A stretch of 64,000 nt of DNA, from assembly GCF_964355755.1 (NCBI RefSeq), contig NC_092678.1, forward strand, positions 7,270,422 to 7,334,421, in the 5' to 3' direction. This document shows, piece after piece, positions 59,979-64,000 of this stretch. The notes under the pieces were generated by a model. It was not told the origin of the DNA, searched no databases, and saw nothing but the letters and a program-made list of their open reading frames with translations. Each line of letters begins with the position of its first letter. Positions within the stretch are counted from its first letter, which is position 1. The DNA is from Antedon mediterranea (Eukaryota > Animalia > Echinodermata). The translations under genes were made by a program, and so were the position numbers.

Positions 59979-60590
59979 TATCAAACTTTATATGACAACA
60001 AAATGCGATGTGTCCATAATATGGACATGATAATGTCATATCACTATCATATCTGTGCATATCATCACCATATTTGTGCACATCACACTTTTTTTATCAA
60101 ACAAGTTTGATAGTGTAGACAGATCTTTATCCTATTTATAGTATTGTTTTTATGTTATATTGGGCTATTTATAAATAGCATGGTAAGTTACTCGTTGGTG
60201 GACGTTATTTAAGAACAATAGGTGGCGCTATAATACTAACTTATCTCTCACTTTATTAGTAGAATCAACCTGTCCAGATGTCCCGTATATAGAGGCAACA
60301 AACGGAACATTACGTTTTAATCAACTTCGTCTTGCCCTACTGAAAGCGTCTATTGAAGATGTATATACCGAGTGCTATATCAAATGGGATGGGATGTTCC
60401 AAACCTATAAATATAGAATTCAATTCGGTTTAAGAGGGAAGTATTATCTTTTTGTCTCTGATTTTTTAATTGTTATAGTGATTTTTTGTATAAAACGTCT
60501 GAGCATCATAAATGTCAAACGTTCGACAGCAAGGGGCGTCAACTTGATGCCCCTGAGTGCAGTTGAATGTGTGTAACGAACACTAATACT

Positions 60591-61449
60591 TACGGAAGCC
60601 CGTTCGGGCCACAAGTTAACTATATTTTAAAAGCTGTTATCTGGCGACCGCCACTTAATTATCTGGCGGCCGCCACTTAATTATCTGGCGGCCGCCACTT
60701 AATTATCTGGCAGCCGCCACTTAATTATCTGGCGGCCGCCACTTAATTATCTGGCGGCCGCCAGATAACTAAGATAATTGTAACTTTCCTAGACTTATTT
60801 GTACAGCCGTCGATTATTTTACATTTGAAGTAGTGCGCCACGTGCGTCGAGAATGTGTCGATGCATTTTTAGTTACCTCATAAGAGCATGATACGTCGCA
60901 TAATTTAGAATGACGAAAGAGTATAAGAGCATGGAAAGTCACATAAGAGCATGACGAAAGAGTATTTGAGCTTTAAGAAAGAGTATAAAAGCATTAAGAA
61001 AGATTATAAGAGCATTAAGAATGAGTATAAGAGCATTAGTTATGCACATAAGAGCATTAGGAATGAGTATAAGATAATGGTGTGCGGTATAAGAGCATAA
61101 TGAAATAGTTTGAGAGCATGACGTCACCGCATGTGAAGAGATTACTGGTGTTCCATATTTTATTGCATGCAACATCGCCTCTGATCCAATGCACGTACAT
61201 GTCACGTGATGGGACATGTACTAATTATTAAGTGGCGGCCGCCAGATAATTAAGTGGCGGCTGCCAGATAATTAAGTGGCGGCCGCCAGATAATTAAGTG
61301 GCGGCCGCCAGATAATTAAGTGGTGGCCGCCAGATAATTAAGTGGCGGCCGCCAGATAATTAAGTGGCGGCCGCCAGATAATTAAGTGGCGGCCGCCAGA
61401 TAACAGCTTTTAAAATATAGTTAACTTGTGGCCCGAACGGGCTTCCGTA
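60591..61449. mobile_element. Non-autonomous TIR element with 6-bp TSD (IS3EU-like termini TAC..GTA)
   Basis: TIR TACGGAAGCCCGTTCGGGCCACAAGTTAAC. 23-bp subterminal arrays (TTATCTGGCGGCCGCCACTTAA-type) at both ends. TSD AATACT. Confidence 0.8.
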
Positions 61450-61476
61450 AATACTGTCTCGAGAAGGTTATACGTT

Positions 61477-62750
61477 AACGACCTTACCACGTTGAAACAC
61501 CGGTTCTTCAGATTACCGAACAGAAGTTAAGCCACGTTGGACCCGGCCAGAGCTAGGATGGGAGACCATCTGGAATTTGAAATCAGCACTGCTAACTCGG
61601 GTGTCACGAAACCTAAGACCACGAAAGCTAAGACCCCCTAAGACCTAAGATCACGAAAGCTAAGACCCAAGACCTAAGATTACAAATATTTATCTTTCGC
61701 ACCTGCCTTGCTTGTATTTTAACTCCCAGCATTTATTCTGAATACCACACCTTAGAATTGGCACTTTCATGAAAAAGAATCACATAAAAAGTAACAAATA
61801 CATTTTTAAATTGATGATTTTACAGACGTTTTTCTCGCACACAAAATGACTAGCCTACAGTACAGTAGGCCTACCCCATGTTCAATGTTTTTGTTTCTAT
61901 GGAACGTCAAAAGAGCAAACATTATATAGAGGGCTGAAAACTCTGTGGAGTCCATCTACAGTGTGGATGGAACAATGTAAAATTAAAATTGTAATGATAA
62001 TAGTATAATCATGCAAGTACGAGGAAATAAATACTGGCAAATAAATTTTAATTAAAAAATCATGATAAGTTTTTTTTTGTTTCGTTTTCTTTCTGTTTTT
62101 ATACTTGTACTATTATTGTTGATCTTTTGGCGCTCCATAGAAACAAAAACATTGAGCATGGGGAGCTCGAGGAGTTACATTACAGGATACAAAGTCTCAA
62201 AGAAACACATCTGTAAAATCATAAATTTAAAGGATTTATTTATTTGTTATTATGTGTTTCTCCTTCTGAAAGTACTTATAAGTCCTAATTTTTAAAGTGT
62301 GGTGTTCAGGATAAAGTTAGTCAACAAATTTGGAGTCAAAATACAAGAAAGGCAGGTGCGTAAGAAAAACATCCTCTGAACCAACACAGTGGAGTAAATA
62401 TATACAAACAAACACCCCGTCAAGTTTGTTTGTTGTAAAGAAAAAATATACATTTACTCAACGGGCGAAAATAATGTGAGTTTATCTATGTTTTGCGGTG
62501 GTATTAAATTATATTTATGGTAATAAATGAAACCTACTGTGTTTAAAATTATGTATGGATAAACAAGTATTGTTTTTAAGCTGTAGTATATCTTAGAATT
62601 TGTAATCTTAGGTCTTGGGTCTTAGCTTTCGTGATCTTAGGTTTAGGGGGTCTTAGCTTTCGTGGTCTTAGGTTTCGTGACACCCCTGCTGACTCTTCTT
62701 ATGGCAGCCCCTACATCTAGAATCTGCCTCAGACGTATTGACCTATGCCA
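61477..62750 (+). mobile_element. Second 5S-derived SINE copy, split by a MULE-like insertion
   Basis: 5S-like head at 61477-61575. The body resumes after 62695 (CTTATGGCAGCCCCT..TCAGACGTATTGACCTATGCC). Confidence 0.75.
61599..62685. mobile_element. 1.09-kb long-TIR MULE/foldback-like element, related in design to the GNL3-intron element
   Basis: GGGTGTCACGAAACCTAAGACC..GGTCTTAGGTTTCGTGACACCC. 10-bp TSD CTGCTAACTC / CTGCTGACTC (one mismatch). Confidence 0.88.
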
Positions 62751-64000
62751 TTCCTCAGGTCAAAGAGAGCACTGGACGAGGTGCCCTCAATAATAGGAAC
62801 AACAATGTGCTTTCAAAAGTCCTGGCTTACATCCATCAATCAAATGAATTTAAGATTGACATAAGAAGGGTTTGTGAAGTATCTTAAAGCTTATACTTGT
62901 TTATACTTTTAATGTTTTTTCTAATTAGGTCCTACAGCAGAAGTCAGTGAATCTACTGCACAAGGTATTATGGAAGTATATTTATTTCTTGTAGAAATTA
63001 AAACTGATTTCCCCCTAAAAAAAATGTTTTTGTTTAATATGCTATTTTAATGTCATATAATAGTTATCCACTTTGACCAAAAATTGAATTGAAAAAAAAT
63101 TATTTACCTGAAAAAACTGTAATTTAAAGCTAAAAAAGCCAATGGATTTTTGATTGAATTTAACCATTTATTTTTTCATTTTATAAGTGAAAATATATTT
63201 TTTCTAAGTGAATAACTTTGTTAAAATAAAAAAATGGCCTATTCAAAGTTTGAATTTAATAATCTTCATTGTTCATGTTTTTAGAGGACAATACAGTGAT
63301 ACAAATAATGAATTTTTATGAGTGTAATGGTACAAATAATGGCATGAGGTGAATGATGAAAGGTTATATTTCAACGAGGCAAAGCCGTGTTGATATTATA
63401 ACCTTTCATCATCACCAAATACCATTATTTGTACCATTACACGAATATAAACATTCATTATTTGTTTTATATAATATCTAAATAGATTTCTGTTTTGAAT
63501 TTGAATCAATTAAAAATTTGATTCACACACACACATTTATTAACAAAGTAACATTTGGTTTGTAATAATATTATATTAGATTCATATGGATTTTAAAAAC
63601 ATCCCTACTGTAGTGTTAATTATGTCAACAAACGACCAAACCATCCTAGGCCTAGCAAGCCTAAAACGCCTAAGTCTAGCCTTATACTAACATTCCTAGC
63701 CTAGGCCTAGCTAAATACGAAACGTTGACAGGCAACTGGAACTCAGTACATATAACTCTCCAAAAATTTACTTCCATCGCCAAAAATTCAATTGCGGCGA
63801 AAGTACAAAATGTGTGGTGCTGTTGTATTTCAAAAGCAATAGTATAAAAGAAATATTTTCCAAACACAAAAAGAGTACTATTAAACGATCGTGTAATAGT
63901 GCGTACTATTCACATCATGTGACCCACAATCGTCCAATCAAATGGCAGGAATTTATTTAGGTGTTATATAGTTAAAAATATTCATTACTTCATTAAATAT

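Larger units (their letters stand above)
58802..62964 (+). pseudogene. Further paralog of the secreted-protein family, probably defective or 3'-partial
   Basis: Signal exon 58802-58868 (MEFEYCNHIVLILYWTVCKASM). Module exon 60263-60436 (STCPDVPYIEATNGTL..ECYIKWDG..IQFGLR), whose donor reads GGAAGT instead of GTAAGT. Linker exon 62929-62964 (PTAEVSESTAQ). Confidence 0.6.

Overview
AT-rich genomic DNA from an intron-rich animal, probably a marine invertebrate (inferred from exon structure and repeat types; the species cannot be determined). It contains three gene loci. (1) Most of a p38 MAPK gene (+, 1026-10222, first exon outside the window) with a U12-type minor intron. (2) A complete 15-exon nucleostemin/GNL3-family GTPase gene (+, 18167-33074, ~620 aa). 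Its first intron is almost filled by two copies of a ~3.15-kb long-TIR MULE/foldback-like element, one nested in the other in opposite orientation, forming a ~6.3-kb near-palindrome. (3) A tandem cluster (34.4-63 kb) of an unrecognised secreted-protein family: signal peptide, repeated ~57-aa two-Cys module and Thr-rich linkers. One copy looks intact (43841-52419, ~247 aa), several are decaying, and four have an RFX X-box-like motif just upstream. Also present are a young Mag-like Ty3/Gypsy element with identical LTRs but a broken RT, LINE fragments, 5S- and tRNA-derived SINEs, many MITEs (some expanded into minisatellites), and 20-37 bp CA..TG hairpins with 7-8 bp duplications that resemble P-element excision footprints. 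All calls come from reading the sequence by eye; no database searches were run, so family names for repeats are provisional.
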